In this document: positions 25,824-35,238 of the stretch, one piece after another
Layout: each line of letters starts with the position of its first letter
How positions within the stretch are numbered: position 1 is the stretch's first letter
Assembly (NCBI GenBank): GCA_964427875.1
Contig: CAYRVX010000006.1
Coordinates: 47,222 to 111,221, forward strand
Direction: 5' to 3'
Length of the DNA: 64,000 nt
DNA from: an uncultured Planctomycetaceae bacterium
Lineage (GTDB): Bacteria > Planctomycetota > Phycisphaerae > SM23-33
Notes under the pieces: model-generated
What the model saw: only the letters and a program-made list of their open reading frames with translations
What the model was told of the DNA's origin: nothing
The model's database searches: none
Program-made: the position numbers and the translations under genes

Positions 25824-27311
25824 ATGAAGACGATGAACCGACGGGATTTTCTGCACTCCGCCATTCGTGCCGCGGCGGCCCTGGCCGGCGGCGCGGGCCT
25901 TGCGCGCCTGACCCGAGCGGCCGCGTTGAGAAAGGCCGCGCCCCCGGGCGAAAGACCGAACTTCGTCTTCATCCTCATCGACGACCTCGGCTGGAAGGAC
26001 CTCGGCTGCTACGGCAGCAGGTTCTACGAGACGCCGGGCGTGGACCGCCTCGCGAGGATGGGCATGCGGTTCACCAACGGATACGCCGCCTGCACCGTCT
26101 GCTCGCCGACCCGCGTGAGCATCCTGACGGGCAAGTACCCCGCGAGGGTGCACCTGACCGACTGGATCTCCGGCCACAAACGCCCCTACGCCAAACTCAA
26201 GGTCCCCGACTGGACCATGCACATGCGCCACGAAGAGGTCACGCTCGCCGAGGCGCTCAAGCCGGCCGGCTACACGACGTGCTTCATCGGCAAGTGGCAC
26301 CTGGGCGGCCAGGCGTACTACCCGAAGACGCAGGGCTTCGACATCAACATCGGCGGGTACTCCCGCGGCTCGCCGCCGAGCTACTTCGCGCCGTATCGCA
26401 TCCCGACGATGACCGACGGCCCCAAGGGCGAGTACCTCACCGACCGCCACGCCGACGACGCCGAGAAGTTCCTCGACGATCACAAGGACAAGCCGTTCCT
26501 GCTGTACCTGTCCACCTACGCCGTACACACGCCCCTGCAATCCAAGAAGGAGCTGACGGACAGATACAAGGCCAAGGCCGAGGCAATGAAAGGCTACCCG
26601 CAGAAGAACCCCGTCTACGGCGGCATGGTCCACAGCATGAGCGAGTGCGTCGGGCGGGTGATCGACAAGCTCCAGCGGCTGAGGCTGCTGGACCGAACGG
26701 TCATCATGTTCATCGGCGACAACGGCGGGCTGGTCCTGCGGAACATCACGTCCAACGTGCCGCTGCGTGCGGGCAAGGGCTCGGCCTACGAGGGCGGCGT
26801 CCGCGAGCCGTTCATCATCTGCGCGCCCGGCGTGACGAAGCCGGGCAGCGTCTGCCACGAGCCGGTCATCAGCGTGGACTTCTACGCGACTATCCTGGAG
26901 CTGGCCGGCGTGCGCGGCGACGCGAAGCACAACCGCAACGTGGACGGCGTCAGCCTCGTGCCGCTGCTGAAGGGCGCCAAGAAGCTCAACCGCGACGCGA
27001 TCTACTGGCACTACCCGCACTATCACCCCGGCGGGGCCACGCCGTACGGCGCCGTCCGGGCGGGCGACTGGAAGCTCATCGAGTTCTACGAGGACATGCA
27101 CGTGGAGCTCTACAACCTCCGCGAGGACATCTCCGAGAAGAACGACCTTGCCGCGAAGATGCCCGCCAAGGCCCAGGAGCTGCGCAAGAAGCTCCACGCC
27201 TGGCGAAAGGGCGTAGACGCCCAGATGCCCGCGCCCAACCCCAAGTACGACCCGCGGCGGGGCAGGCGCCCCGGCGGGCGGCCCAAGGGGAAAGGCCGGA
27301 AGGGCGGATAG
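25824..27311 (+). CDS. Tat-exported sulfatase
   Basis: MKTMNRRDFL signal. FILIDDLGWKD and CTVCSPTRVSILTGK (CxPxR). Confidence 0.85.
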   Translation: MKTMNRRDFLHSAIRAAAALAGGAGLARLTRAAALRKAAPPGERPNFVFILIDDLGWKDLGCYGSRFYETPGVDRLARMGMRFTNGYAACTVCSPTRVSILTGKYPARVHLTDWISGHKRPYAKLKVPDWTMHMRHEEVTLAEALKPAGYTTCFIGKWHLGGQAYYPKTQGFDINIGGYSRGSPPSYFAPYRIPTMTDGPKGEYLTDRHADDAEKFLDDHKDKPFLLYLSTYAVHTPLQSKKELTDRYKAKAEAMKGYPQKNPVYGGMVHSMSECVGRVIDKLQRLRLLDRTVIMFIGDNGGLVLRNITSNVPLRAGKGSAYEGGVREPFIICAPGVTKPGSVCHEPVISVDFYATILELAGVRGDAKHNRNVDGVSLVPLLKGAKKLNRDAIYWHYPHYHPGGATPYGAVRAGDWKLIEFYEDMHVELYNLREDISEKNDLAAKMPAKAQELRKKLHAWRKGVDAQMPAPNPKYDPRRGRRPGGRPKGKGRKGG

Positions 27312-27335
27312 CGCCTGGATCATGCCCGGCGGGCT

Positions 27336-30014
27336 TCAGCTCCGCGCCGCCAGCAGTCGGGCCAGGGACTCCGCCAGCCCGTCCACCGCCGATGCGTCCG
27401 GAAGGCTCAGGGTCAGCTTCAGTTGGCCCTGCTCGTCGGTCTCCATGCACTTGGCCAGGCGGTCCTTCATCAGTGCGGCCATCCGCCTGGACTCGTCGGT
27501 TTCCGCCTGGGCGGGCAGCAGCTCGCCGAGGAAGGCGAAGGCCGCGTTGAGGAGCTGTCCGCCGGCGGCGCCGACCTTCTCTCGCCGGGCGAGTCGTTCG
27601 GCCTCGGCCGCCTGCCTGGCCAGTTCGCTTTCATCCACCGGCGCCTCGGGCCTGGCCCCCAGGAGGACCTCGAGCCGGCGCCGCAGCTCCTCCATGCCGC
27701 TGACGAGATCGACGGCGTCCACGTCGGATTCCGTGTCCAGGGCGGCAAGGGCAAGCTCGTGCTTTGCCGAGAGCGTCTGGAGTAGTTTCTCCTCCAGCGT
27801 CTGTTCCGTGACGAGGATGAACACCTGCACGGGCCGCTTCTGCCCCATGCGGTGCGCGCGGGAGATGCGCTGCTCAAGCACGGCGGGGTTCCACGGCAGG
27901 TCCACGTTGACGACGGTATTGGCGGCCTGGAGGTTCAGGCCGGTCGCCCCGGCGTTCGTGCTGATGAACGCCTGGCACTGTGCGTCGTTCCGGAAAGCGT
28001 GGACCAGTTGCTGACGTTTCTTCTGGGGGACCGAGCCGTCGAGACGGACGTAGCCCATGCCTCGGGTCTCCAGCAGCGGCTCGACCAGGTCGAGCATGGT
28101 CGTCCACTCGGAGAAAAGGACGGTCTTGCGGTCGTCTTCCTGGGAAAGCCCATCCAGCAGGTTGTCCAGTTCCTCCAGCTTGCTGGAATAGCCCGGAGGC
28201 TGCTTGTCCACGAGGAAGGTGCTGTCGGCCGTCATGCGGCACATCAGCAGCGCCTTCTGGAGCCGCAGCAGGTCCATCTCGCTGATGTACCTCTTGTTGA
28301 CGATCGTCTGCACGGTCAGCATGTGTCCCCTGTGGATCTCGAGCTGCTCGCCCGTGGGGGTGATGCGCACGACCTCGGTCGCTCTCGGCGGCAGGTCCCG
28401 CATGACCGAAGCGCGGGTGCGGCGCAGCAGGACCGGCTGGAGCTGTCTTCGCAGCTCGGAGAGGTTCTTGTAGCCCAGGACCCTGCCTTTCTCATCGACG
28501 ACGCGGTGGCGGTTGAAGAACCTAAACGCCGGCCCGAGGCGGCGATCGTCGATGAACTCGGCCACGGAGAACAGGTCGTCCAACCGGTTCTCCAGCGGCG
28601 TGCCCGACAGGACCAGCGCAAAGGGCGACCTCAGCGACTTGACGATCCGGCTGGTCTTGGCCTGCCAGTTCTTGATGCGCTGGCCCTCGTCCAGAACGAT
28701 CAGGTCCCACGGCACCTTCTCGATCGACAGGATGTCCCGCAGGACCTGCTCGTAGTTGCAGATGGTGAAGAAGCAGTCGTTGTCGTACTGGCCGGCGCGG
28801 TCCTTGGCGCTGCCCAGGACGAGTTGGCAGGTGCGGTCGGAGAAGCGGTGGATCTCGCTTCGCCACTGCGCCTTCAGCGTGGCCGGGCAGATCACCAGCA
28901 CCTTGGAGATGTCCGCTTCCTGCGCGAGGAGCTCGGCGATGCCGATGCCCTGGATCGTTTTGCCCAGTCCCATGTCGTCGGCGAGGATGGCACGGCCGGC
29001 GCCGACGGCGAACGCGACGCCGTCCATCTGGTACGGCAGCAGTTCGGCCTTGAGGAGCCCCGTGCGGAGCGGATGGCCGGCGGGGTCCCGGCGGATCTCG
29101 GCGACCTTGGCGGCGATCCGCTGCTCGAAGAGCCGGCGGTTGATGTGCTCTTCGGCGTCGGGGTAGACCGCCACGTCGCAGCCCATCGCCGCCAGCTTTC
29201 GGAGGCGGGCGAGGAGGTCGTTCACGTCGCGAATGGCGCGCTCCCGGATCGGCCGCACGACCGCCGACACAGCCCGGTCGAGCTTGGCCGGGATCAGCAG
29301 GCGCAGCTCCCATTCCTTCCCGTAGGCGACGTACACGGCCAGGCCGTCCGGCTCGTAAGGCCGGTTCCGCACCGCCGCGGGAAACCGCGCCTTGACCTTG
29401 CGCTGCGCGTGGAGCACGTGTTTGCAGATCCCGAGCGTGTTCTTCCGGAAGTCGGGGCAGGAGCAGTAGGACTCTCCCGGCTGCCAGCCGCGGAGCGCGA
29501 CGCGATACGTCTTGCCCGACTCGGCGTTCGTCACCAGGTAGTCCGTCCACAGGAGGTCGGGGTCCGTGGATCGGACGATCATCTTCTCCGTCGAGGCCCG
29601 CTCTCGCCTTTCCTCCATCGCCCGGCGGACCAGCTCCTCCTCGCCGAGGCTCTCGACGGGGACCCGCTCCGGCGGCGGGGCGGCCAGGCCCAGCGCCATC
29701 TTCTCTTCCAGGATCAGCGAAAAGGCCGCTCCCACGTGCTCGCATGCCCCGTCACAGGCCGTGCAGTGCCAATGCAGCCGCTGATGCGCTTCGGGCCTCT
29801 GGGTGATCGTCACGACCGCTTCCGGAAGGCTCAGGCGGAAAACGCCCCCGTCGAGATGCACGTCCTCGTCGATGTTGATCGCGTACTTGCCGCCCTGAAG
29901 GATCAGCTTGTCGCCCCCCTCGCCCAGCAGCTTGCAGGCCTGGCGAAAGCCCAGCCGAGAAAGCCGGTCCTTGAGCGTCAGCTCCCGTTTCTTCGGTCTC
30001 GCCTTTGTTGGCAT
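27336..30014 (-). CDS. SNF2-family helicase/ATPase with N-terminal SWIM zinc finger
   Basis: SWIM: YCSCPDFRKNTLGICKHVLH. Helicase motifs: DDMGLGKT (I), DEGQRIKN (II), LSGTPLEN (III), RAHRMGQKRPV (VI). Confidence 0.9.
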   Translation of the reverse strand: MPTKARPKKRELTLKDRLSRLGFRQACKLLGEGGDKLILQGGKYAINIDEDVHLDGGVFRLSLPEAVVTITQRPEAHQRLHWHCTACDGACEHVGAAFSLILEEKMALGLAAPPPERVPVESLGEEELVRRAMEERRERASTEKMIVRSTDPDLLWTDYLVTNAESGKTYRVALRGWQPGESYCSCPDFRKNTLGICKHVLHAQRKVKARFPAAVRNRPYEPDGLAVYVAYGKEWELRLLIPAKLDRAVSAVVRPIRERAIRDVNDLLARLRKLAAMGCDVAVYPDAEEHINRRLFEQRIAAKVAEIRRDPAGHPLRTGLLKAELLPYQMDGVAFAVGAGRAILADDMGLGKTIQGIGIAELLAQEADISKVLVICPATLKAQWRSEIHRFSDRTCQLVLGSAKDRAGQYDNDCFFTICNYEQVLRDILSIEKVPWDLIVLDEGQRIKNWQAKTSRIVKSLRSPFALVLSGTPLENRLDDLFSVAEFIDDRRLGPAFRFFNRHRVVDEKGRVLGYKNLSELRRQLQPVLLRRTRASVMRDLPPRATEVVRITPTGEQLEIHRGHMLTVQTIVNKRYISEMDLLRLQKALLMCRMTADSTFLVDKQPPGYSSKLEELDNLLDGLSQEDDRKTVLFSEWTTMLDLVEPLLETRGMGYVRLDGSVPQKKRQQLVHAFRNDAQCQAFISTNAGATGLNLQAANTVVNVDLPWNPAVLEQRISRAHRMGQKRPVQVFILVTEQTLEEKLLQTLSAKHELALAALDTESDVDAVDLVSGMEELRRRLEVLLGARPEAPVDESELARQAAEAERLARREKVGAAGGQLLNAAFAFLGELLPAQAETDESRRMAALMKDRLAKCMETDEQGQLKLTLSLPDASAVDGLAESLARLLAARS

Positions 30015-30268
30015 GGCATCTCCTCGGGTTCTCTCGACCTCCCTCCTTTACCACCAGCCCGGCGGCCACGCCAGCCCCTGCCGCGCATGGCCGGGCACTT
30101 CCCGCCAATTTGCCCGGACAGGATCCGGCGGCTGCCGCTGAGCACGGGGCGGCGCGGATTGTGCAGAACGCTCCGGGGCGAGGAATCTGCCCGAGCACCC
30201 CATCCAAGACGATCGCTCAGTCTGCCGTATCGGCTCTGGCAAGTTCGGGACAGGCTTGTCTGACGGCT

Positions 30269-30427
30269 TCAAGAATGTCCGTGGAGAGCGAACAACGCTG
30301 TCAGGGCATGGAAAGCGGCATAGTATGCTCGGGATGCCGCCGAATCGGAGTCCGTCTCGGCAAGCTGTTCGCCGGAAGCCAACGTCCGGGTCGCACGCTG
30401 CCATTCTGCGGCGGCGAACTCCTTCAT
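30269..30427 (-). pseudogene. decayed HEPN-domain toxin (N-terminal 52 aa only)
   Basis: MKEFAAAEWQRATRTL...SRAYYAAFHALTALFALHGHS*. The ATG overlaps the MNT stop (ATGA). No Rx4-6H motif is present. A HEPN-tail-like peptide (DILEAVRQACPEL...) sits in another frame just downstream (30208-30270). Confidence 0.6.
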
Positions 30428-30747
30428 ACCGCGATCCCTTCCCGCCGTGCGACCTGATACAGGGGACACGCCACCGTCTCGTACTCCAGCGCCGACACCG
30501 GCTTCGCGCTGATCCGCCGCCCGATCTCCAAGGAAAGGGGATAGAGCGCGTCGAGATTCGTCTCCAGGTCCCGGCCGTATTCCACCGGATCATCGAGCAG
30601 GACGAGCAGGTCTATGTCGCTGTCCGGCTGCGCGTCGCCGCGGGCCTCCGAGCCGTAGAGCACCACGCCGCGCAGTCGCCGGCCGTACGCTTCGCGCAGG
30701 CGCGCCTTGATCTCCCATAAAAGCTGCTCTCTGGTCACGTCGCCCAT
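30424..30747 (-). CDS. MNT-type nucleotidyltransferase (antitoxin of HEPN/MNT modules)
   Basis: VVLYGSEARGDAQPDSDIDLLVLLD (the GSx10-ish DxD nucleotidyltransferase signature). 107 aa. Confidence 0.8.
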   Translation of the reverse strand: MGDVTREQLLWEIKARLREAYGRRLRGVVLYGSEARGDAQPDSDIDLLVLLDDPVEYGRDLETNLDALYPLSLEIGRRISAKPVSALEYETVACPLYQVARREGIAV

Positions 30748-30809
30748 TCTACTGAGGCCGGTTCAGCGGCACAATGTCACTCCGGGCCTTCTCGTGGCCG
30801 TGCGTGCGG

Positions 30810-32441
30810 CTACTTCCGGGAGCCGGGTCCGGGCTTGCTGCCGGCAGCGGCGGGCTTTCCGTCGGCGGGGTCCTCTTCCGTGTCGCGCTGCTGTGCGGGG
30901 CCGCCGCTGGCCTGGTTCGCCTGGCGTTCGGCGGCGGAGGGCTTCTCGCCGGCGGGCGTGGGGTAGGACAGCCGGGCGTGGTACATGCTGCACAGGCTCT
31001 TGGTGAGCGAGGACTCGATCCGGTGGACCTCCATGAGCGTCAGCTCGCACTCGTCAAGCTGCCCGTCCATCAGCCGGCGGTTGACCATGGTGTGCACCTG
31101 GTTCTCGATCCGCCCCGGCGTCGGCTCGCTCATGGACCGCACGGAGCTTTCGGCGGCGTCGGCGAGCATGAGGATGGCCGACTCCTTCGAGTGGGGCTTG
31201 GGGCCCGGATAGCGAAACTCCATCTCGTCGGGCGCCCGGTCGGTGTCGTTCTTGCGCTGTTCGGTGGCGGCCTGGTAGAAGTACTGCACCAGCGTCGTGC
31301 CGTGATGGGTGGCGATGAACTCGTGAAGGACCTTCGGCACGCCGTATTCCCGCGCCATCTCGATGCCGTCCTTGACGTGCCCGACAATGATCAGCAGGCT
31401 CATCGCCGGCGAGAGCTTCGCGTGCTTCGAGGCCGTGCCGTCCTGGTTCTCGATGAAGTAGTCCGGCTTGTTGATCTTCCCGATGTCGTGGTAGTACGCC
31501 CCGACTCGGGCCAGCAGGCCCCCCGCCCGGGTGGCTTCGGCCGCGGCCTCGCACATCGCGCCCAGTTGAAGCGAGTGGTTGTACGTGCCCGGCGCCTCCA
31601 TGGCCAGACGCTTCAGCAGCGGCTTGGACGCGTCGCACCATTCCAGCAGCGTCAGGCTGGTCGCCACGTGGAAGACGCGCTCGATCAGCGGGAGGATTCC
31701 CTGAACGACGAAGCCGACGCCCGCGGCGCACCCGGCCGCCCAGAAGGCGTCCACGATCGACAGCGACCACGGCACGGCCTCTGCGAGCCCGGTGATGCAC
31801 ACGGCGAGGAACACCACGCCCGCGGAGACCCCCGCGGCGCGAATCATCTTGGTTCGGGTCCGGATCTCGTCGAGCTGGAAGACGGTCGACGCCAGGGACG
31901 CCAGCAGGACCAGGAACAGCCCGATGCTTCCTCGGGTCTGGAGGACCACGATCATGGCCACCGCCGAGCCCACGGCGAGCGCGAAGCGCTGGTCCCATGC
32001 AATGGCGAGGATCGCCCCGGTCATCACCGTCGGGAGGATCGCCACGTGCGGGTTCAGGCCCACCGCGCCCACCAGGACCTTGTTCACCGAGACCATCAGC
32101 ACCAGGACGATCAGGAGGCCGAGCATTCGCCGGATCTCTTTCGTCAGCCTGGCGTGGTATCGCGCCAGGTAGAGCCCCAGCAGCGCAACCGCGATGGCCA
32201 GGACACCGGCCTGTCCGGCGATCCTGCCCCAGAAACGAAGCGGCGCGGCCGCCTCTTCGGTCCGAAGGGCCTCCAGGGGGTAGAGCTCTATCCCCAGCGC
32301 CGCCAGGTACAGCGCAGCCGCGGCCAGGGCCCCGCCGATCCCGCCGGCCCGGCGGAATCGGACCCACGCCGACTCGCCCGTCCGCGCAGGTCTAAGCGCC
32401 CCCAGACGCCGCTGCCGAGCTGTCTTCTTGAACGGCCACAT
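30810..32441 (-). CDS. 7TM-HD membrane phosphohydrolase (PgpH/YqfF-like, HDIG domain)
   Basis: Multiple TM helices, then HSLQLGAMCEAAA...GAYYHDIGK...ATHHGTTLVQYFY. It lies directly downstream of phoH, as in many bacteria. Confidence 0.8.
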   Translation of the reverse strand: MWPFKKTARQRRLGALRPARTGESAWVRFRRAGGIGGALAAAALYLAALGIELYPLEALRTEEAAAPLRFWGRIAGQAGVLAIAVALLGLYLARYHARLTKEIRRMLGLLIVLVLMVSVNKVLVGAVGLNPHVAILPTVMTGAILAIAWDQRFALAVGSAVAMIVVLQTRGSIGLFLVLLASLASTVFQLDEIRTRTKMIRAAGVSAGVVFLAVCITGLAEAVPWSLSIVDAFWAAGCAAGVGFVVQGILPLIERVFHVATSLTLLEWCDASKPLLKRLAMEAPGTYNHSLQLGAMCEAAAEATRAGGLLARVGAYYHDIGKINKPDYFIENQDGTASKHAKLSPAMSLLIIVGHVKDGIEMAREYGVPKVLHEFIATHHGTTLVQYFYQAATEQRKNDTDRAPDEMEFRYPGPKPHSKESAILMLADAAESSVRSMSEPTPGRIENQVHTMVNRRLMDGQLDECELTLMEVHRIESSLTKSLCSMYHARLSYPTPAGEKPSAAERQANQASGGPAQQRDTEEDPADGKPAAAGSKPGPGSRK

Positions 32442-32458
32442 TCCCTGACGATGCTCCC

Positions 32459-33406
32459 TCAGCCTGTTTCCTCATCGGCCCGGTCGGCGTAGGCCTCCAC
32501 GATTCTCTGAACTAACTGGTGGCGAACAATATCGGCGGTTTCCAGGCGGATGACGGTCAGCTTCTTGATGCCTCGCAGCCGCCGCATGGCGTCCAGCAGC
32601 CCGCTGGGAACATCCTCCGGCAGATCGATCTGGCTGTCGTCGCCGGTGACGATCACCTTGGACCCGTGGCCCATCCGCGTCAGGAACATCAGCATCTGCG
32701 GCACGGTCGTGTTCTGGGCCTCGTCCAGGATGATGACCGAGTCGTTCAGCGTCCTGCCTCGCATGAACGCCAGGGGGATCACCTCGATGAGGTCGTTCGC
32801 CATGAAGCGGCGGATCTGGTCGAAGTCCATCATGTCGTGAAGCGAATCGAACAGCGGGCGGAGGTACGGGTTGACCTTCGCCTGCATGTCGCCCGGCAGA
32901 AAGCCCAGCTTCTCGCCCGCCTCGACCGCCGGGCGGACCAGGATCATACGCCTCGCCTGCTGGTGCTTGAGCATGTGCACCGCGATCGCCACGGCCAGGT
33001 ACGTCTTGCCCGTGCCAGCCGGACCGGTGGAGAAGATCAGGTCGTGCGTGCGCATGGCCTCGATGTAGCGTTTCTGGCCGGGCGTCTTGGGCCGGACGAG
33101 CTGCCCGGCCGCATAGACGTCGAGTACCTCGGAGGCCTGTTTTTCGCGCTCGACCGCCGCGGCGCTGATGGCCTCGGTGACGGCATCGAGCGTGATGGGG
33201 CGGTCGTGGCGAATGCTCCGCTGGAGCGTTTCGAGCACGGCCGCCGCCCGGGAGACGTTCTCCGCCGACCCGGTTATCCTCACCTGCCCCTCCCGCGCGA
33301 ACACCTGCACGCCGAGCACCTCCCGGATCATCTTCAGATGCCGGTCCATCGGGCCGAACAGAATGTCCGCCTTGTGGGGATGCTCCAGCTTGATGCTCAA
33401 TTCCAC
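32459..33406 (-). CDS. phoH: PhoH-family ATPase (start uncertain; GTG at 33406 proposed)
   Basis: FSTGPAGTGKTYLAVA (Walker A), ILVRPAVEAGEKLGFLPGD, IILDEAQN (Walker B). The upstream 74 codons of the ORF are Arg/Gly-rich. Confidence 0.85.
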   Translation of the reverse strand: MELSIKLEHPHKADILFGPMDRHLKMIREVLGVQVFAREGQVRITGSAENVSRAAAVLETLQRSIRHDRPITLDAVTEAISAAAVEREKQASEVLDVYAAGQLVRPKTPGQKRYIEAMRTHDLIFSTGPAGTGKTYLAVAIAVHMLKHQQARRMILVRPAVEAGEKLGFLPGDMQAKVNPYLRPLFDSLHDMMDFDQIRRFMANDLIEVIPLAFMRGRTLNDSVIILDEAQNTTVPQMLMFLTRMGHGSKVIVTGDDSQIDLPEDVPSGLLDAMRRLRGIKKLTVIRLETADIVRHQLVQRIVEAYADRADEETG

Positions 33407-33642
33407 GGGTCGCTTCCCAGCAGTGCGCCCCGCGCCCTCGCCGCCCGGGCCGCCCAAGGCGCCCCCGACCGCCGCGGTCGCACCACGATAAGGATAGCAC
33501 GAAAGCCCCGTTCTTGCACGGCGACTCGGCACATTTCCGGGACGAAGCGCCCGACGCGGTGTTACTATATGAAGGCCCGTGGCGGCCTTGCGAGACCGCG
33601 CTGTAGAGACGATTCGTTTCAGGTTCAAAGGAGATCGGACAG

Positions 33643-35235
33643 ATGCGTAGAGATCAGTTCATCAGGATCACCGCGGCGTTGTTGACGATCGGGTTGGCAG
33701 TTCATGCCGCACCCGCCGACGTGAAGCTGCCCGGCGTGTTCGGCGATCACATGGTGCTCCAGCGGGACGCGGCCGTGCCTGTCTGGGGCTGGGCCGGGGC
33801 GGGAGAGAAAGTGACCGTCACCCTTGCCGGGCAATCCAAGACCGCCACGGCCGGCAAGGACGGGAAGTGGTCCGTCAGGCTCGACGCCATGAAGGCCGGC
33901 GGGCCGCACACGCTGAAAGTCCAAGGCAACCCTTCGACGGGCTCGGGGCAGGCAAGCACCATCGAACTGACGGACGTGCTCGTGGGTGAGGTGTGGCTCG
34001 GCTCGGGCCAGTCGAACATGGCGATGTCGGTTCGCGGCAGCAACAACTACGAGGCCGAACAGGCCGCCGCCAAGCTGCCCAAGGTCCGCATGATGACCGT
34101 CACCCGCACACCCGCCGAGACGCCGCAGGCCGACTGCAAGGGCACGTGGGCGGTGTGCAGCCCGGAGACGGTGGGCGGCTTCTCGGCCACCGCGTACTTC
34201 TTCGGGCGCGAGCTGCACAGGCAGCTCGGCGTGCCGGTCGGGCTGATCAACTCCTCGTGGGGCGGCACGCCGGTCCAGACTTGGACCGCCCTGGCCGATC
34301 AGCAGGCCGAGCCGAAGCTCAAGGAACTGCTGGACGGCTGGAAGCAGAGGATCGACGCGTACGATCCCCAGAAGGCCAAGGCCGCCTACGAGAAGCAGCT
34401 CGCCGCGTGGCAGGAGCGGGCGAAGAAGGCCAAGGCCGCCGGCAAGCGCCCCCCGCGCAAGCCACGCAAGGCGAGCGATCAGCGGCTCAGCCCGCACCGC
34501 CCGGGGAACCTCTACAACGGCATGATCACCCCGCTGGCGCCGTATGCCATCCGCGGGGCCATCTGGTACCAGGGCGAGAGCAACGCCGGCCGTTACAACG
34601 CCGGCCTCTACGGCATGCAGCTCGCCATGATGATCCGGAACTGGCGCCGCCTCTGGGGCCAGGGCGATTTCCCGTTCGAGTGGGTCCAACTGCCCAACTT
34701 CCGCGCCCCGCAGACCGAGCCGGCCGAGACCAGCGGCTGGGTGATCGTCCAGGAGGAGATGCTCAAGACGCTGAAGGTCCCCAACACGGGCATGGCCGTG
34801 ACCATCGACATCGGCGCGGCCAACAACATCCATCCGAAGAACAAGCAGGACGTCGGCAAGCGGCTGGCCCTCTGGGCGCTGGCCAAGACCTACGGCAAAG
34901 ATGTCGTCGCGTGCGGGCCGCTGTACAAGTCGATGGCCAGGCGGGGCGATGAGATCGTCGTGAAGTTCGATTACGTCGCCGGCGGGCTCGTGGCCAAGGG
35001 CGAGAAGCTCAAGGGCTTCGCCATCGCCGGGGCGGACAAGCAGTTCGTCTGGGCCGACGCGAAGATCGAAGGCCAGACCGTGGCCGTCTCCTGCCCCAAG
35101 GTGAAGGACCCCGCGGCGGTCCGTTACGCCTGGGCGACCAACCCGGACTGCAACCTCTACAACAAGGCCGACCTGCCGGCATCGCCGTTCCGCACCGACG
35201 ACTGGGAGCTCCTGACACCGCAGCCGAAGAAGTGA
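33643..35235 (+). CDS. sialate O-acetylesterase-family (SASA/SGNH) carbohydrate esterase, secreted
   Basis: Signal peptide. GEVWLGSGQSNM, INSSWGGTP, IRGAIWYQGESN. Confidence 0.85.
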   Translation: MRRDQFIRITAALLTIGLAVHAAPADVKLPGVFGDHMVLQRDAAVPVWGWAGAGEKVTVTLAGQSKTATAGKDGKWSVRLDAMKAGGPHTLKVQGNPSTGSGQASTIELTDVLVGEVWLGSGQSNMAMSVRGSNNYEAEQAAAKLPKVRMMTVTRTPAETPQADCKGTWAVCSPETVGGFSATAYFFGRELHRQLGVPVGLINSSWGGTPVQTWTALADQQAEPKLKELLDGWKQRIDAYDPQKAKAAYEKQLAAWQERAKKAKAAGKRPPRKPRKASDQRLSPHRPGNLYNGMITPLAPYAIRGAIWYQGESNAGRYNAGLYGMQLAMMIRNWRRLWGQGDFPFEWVQLPNFRAPQTEPAETSGWVIVQEEMLKTLKVPNTGMAVTIDIGAANNIHPKNKQDVGKRLALWALAKTYGKDVVACGPLYKSMARRGDEIVVKFDYVAGGLVAKGEKLKGFAIAGADKQFVWADAKIEGQTVAVSCPKVKDPAAVRYAWATNPDCNLYNKADLPASPFRTDDWELLTPQPKK

Positions 35236-35238
35236 CCC

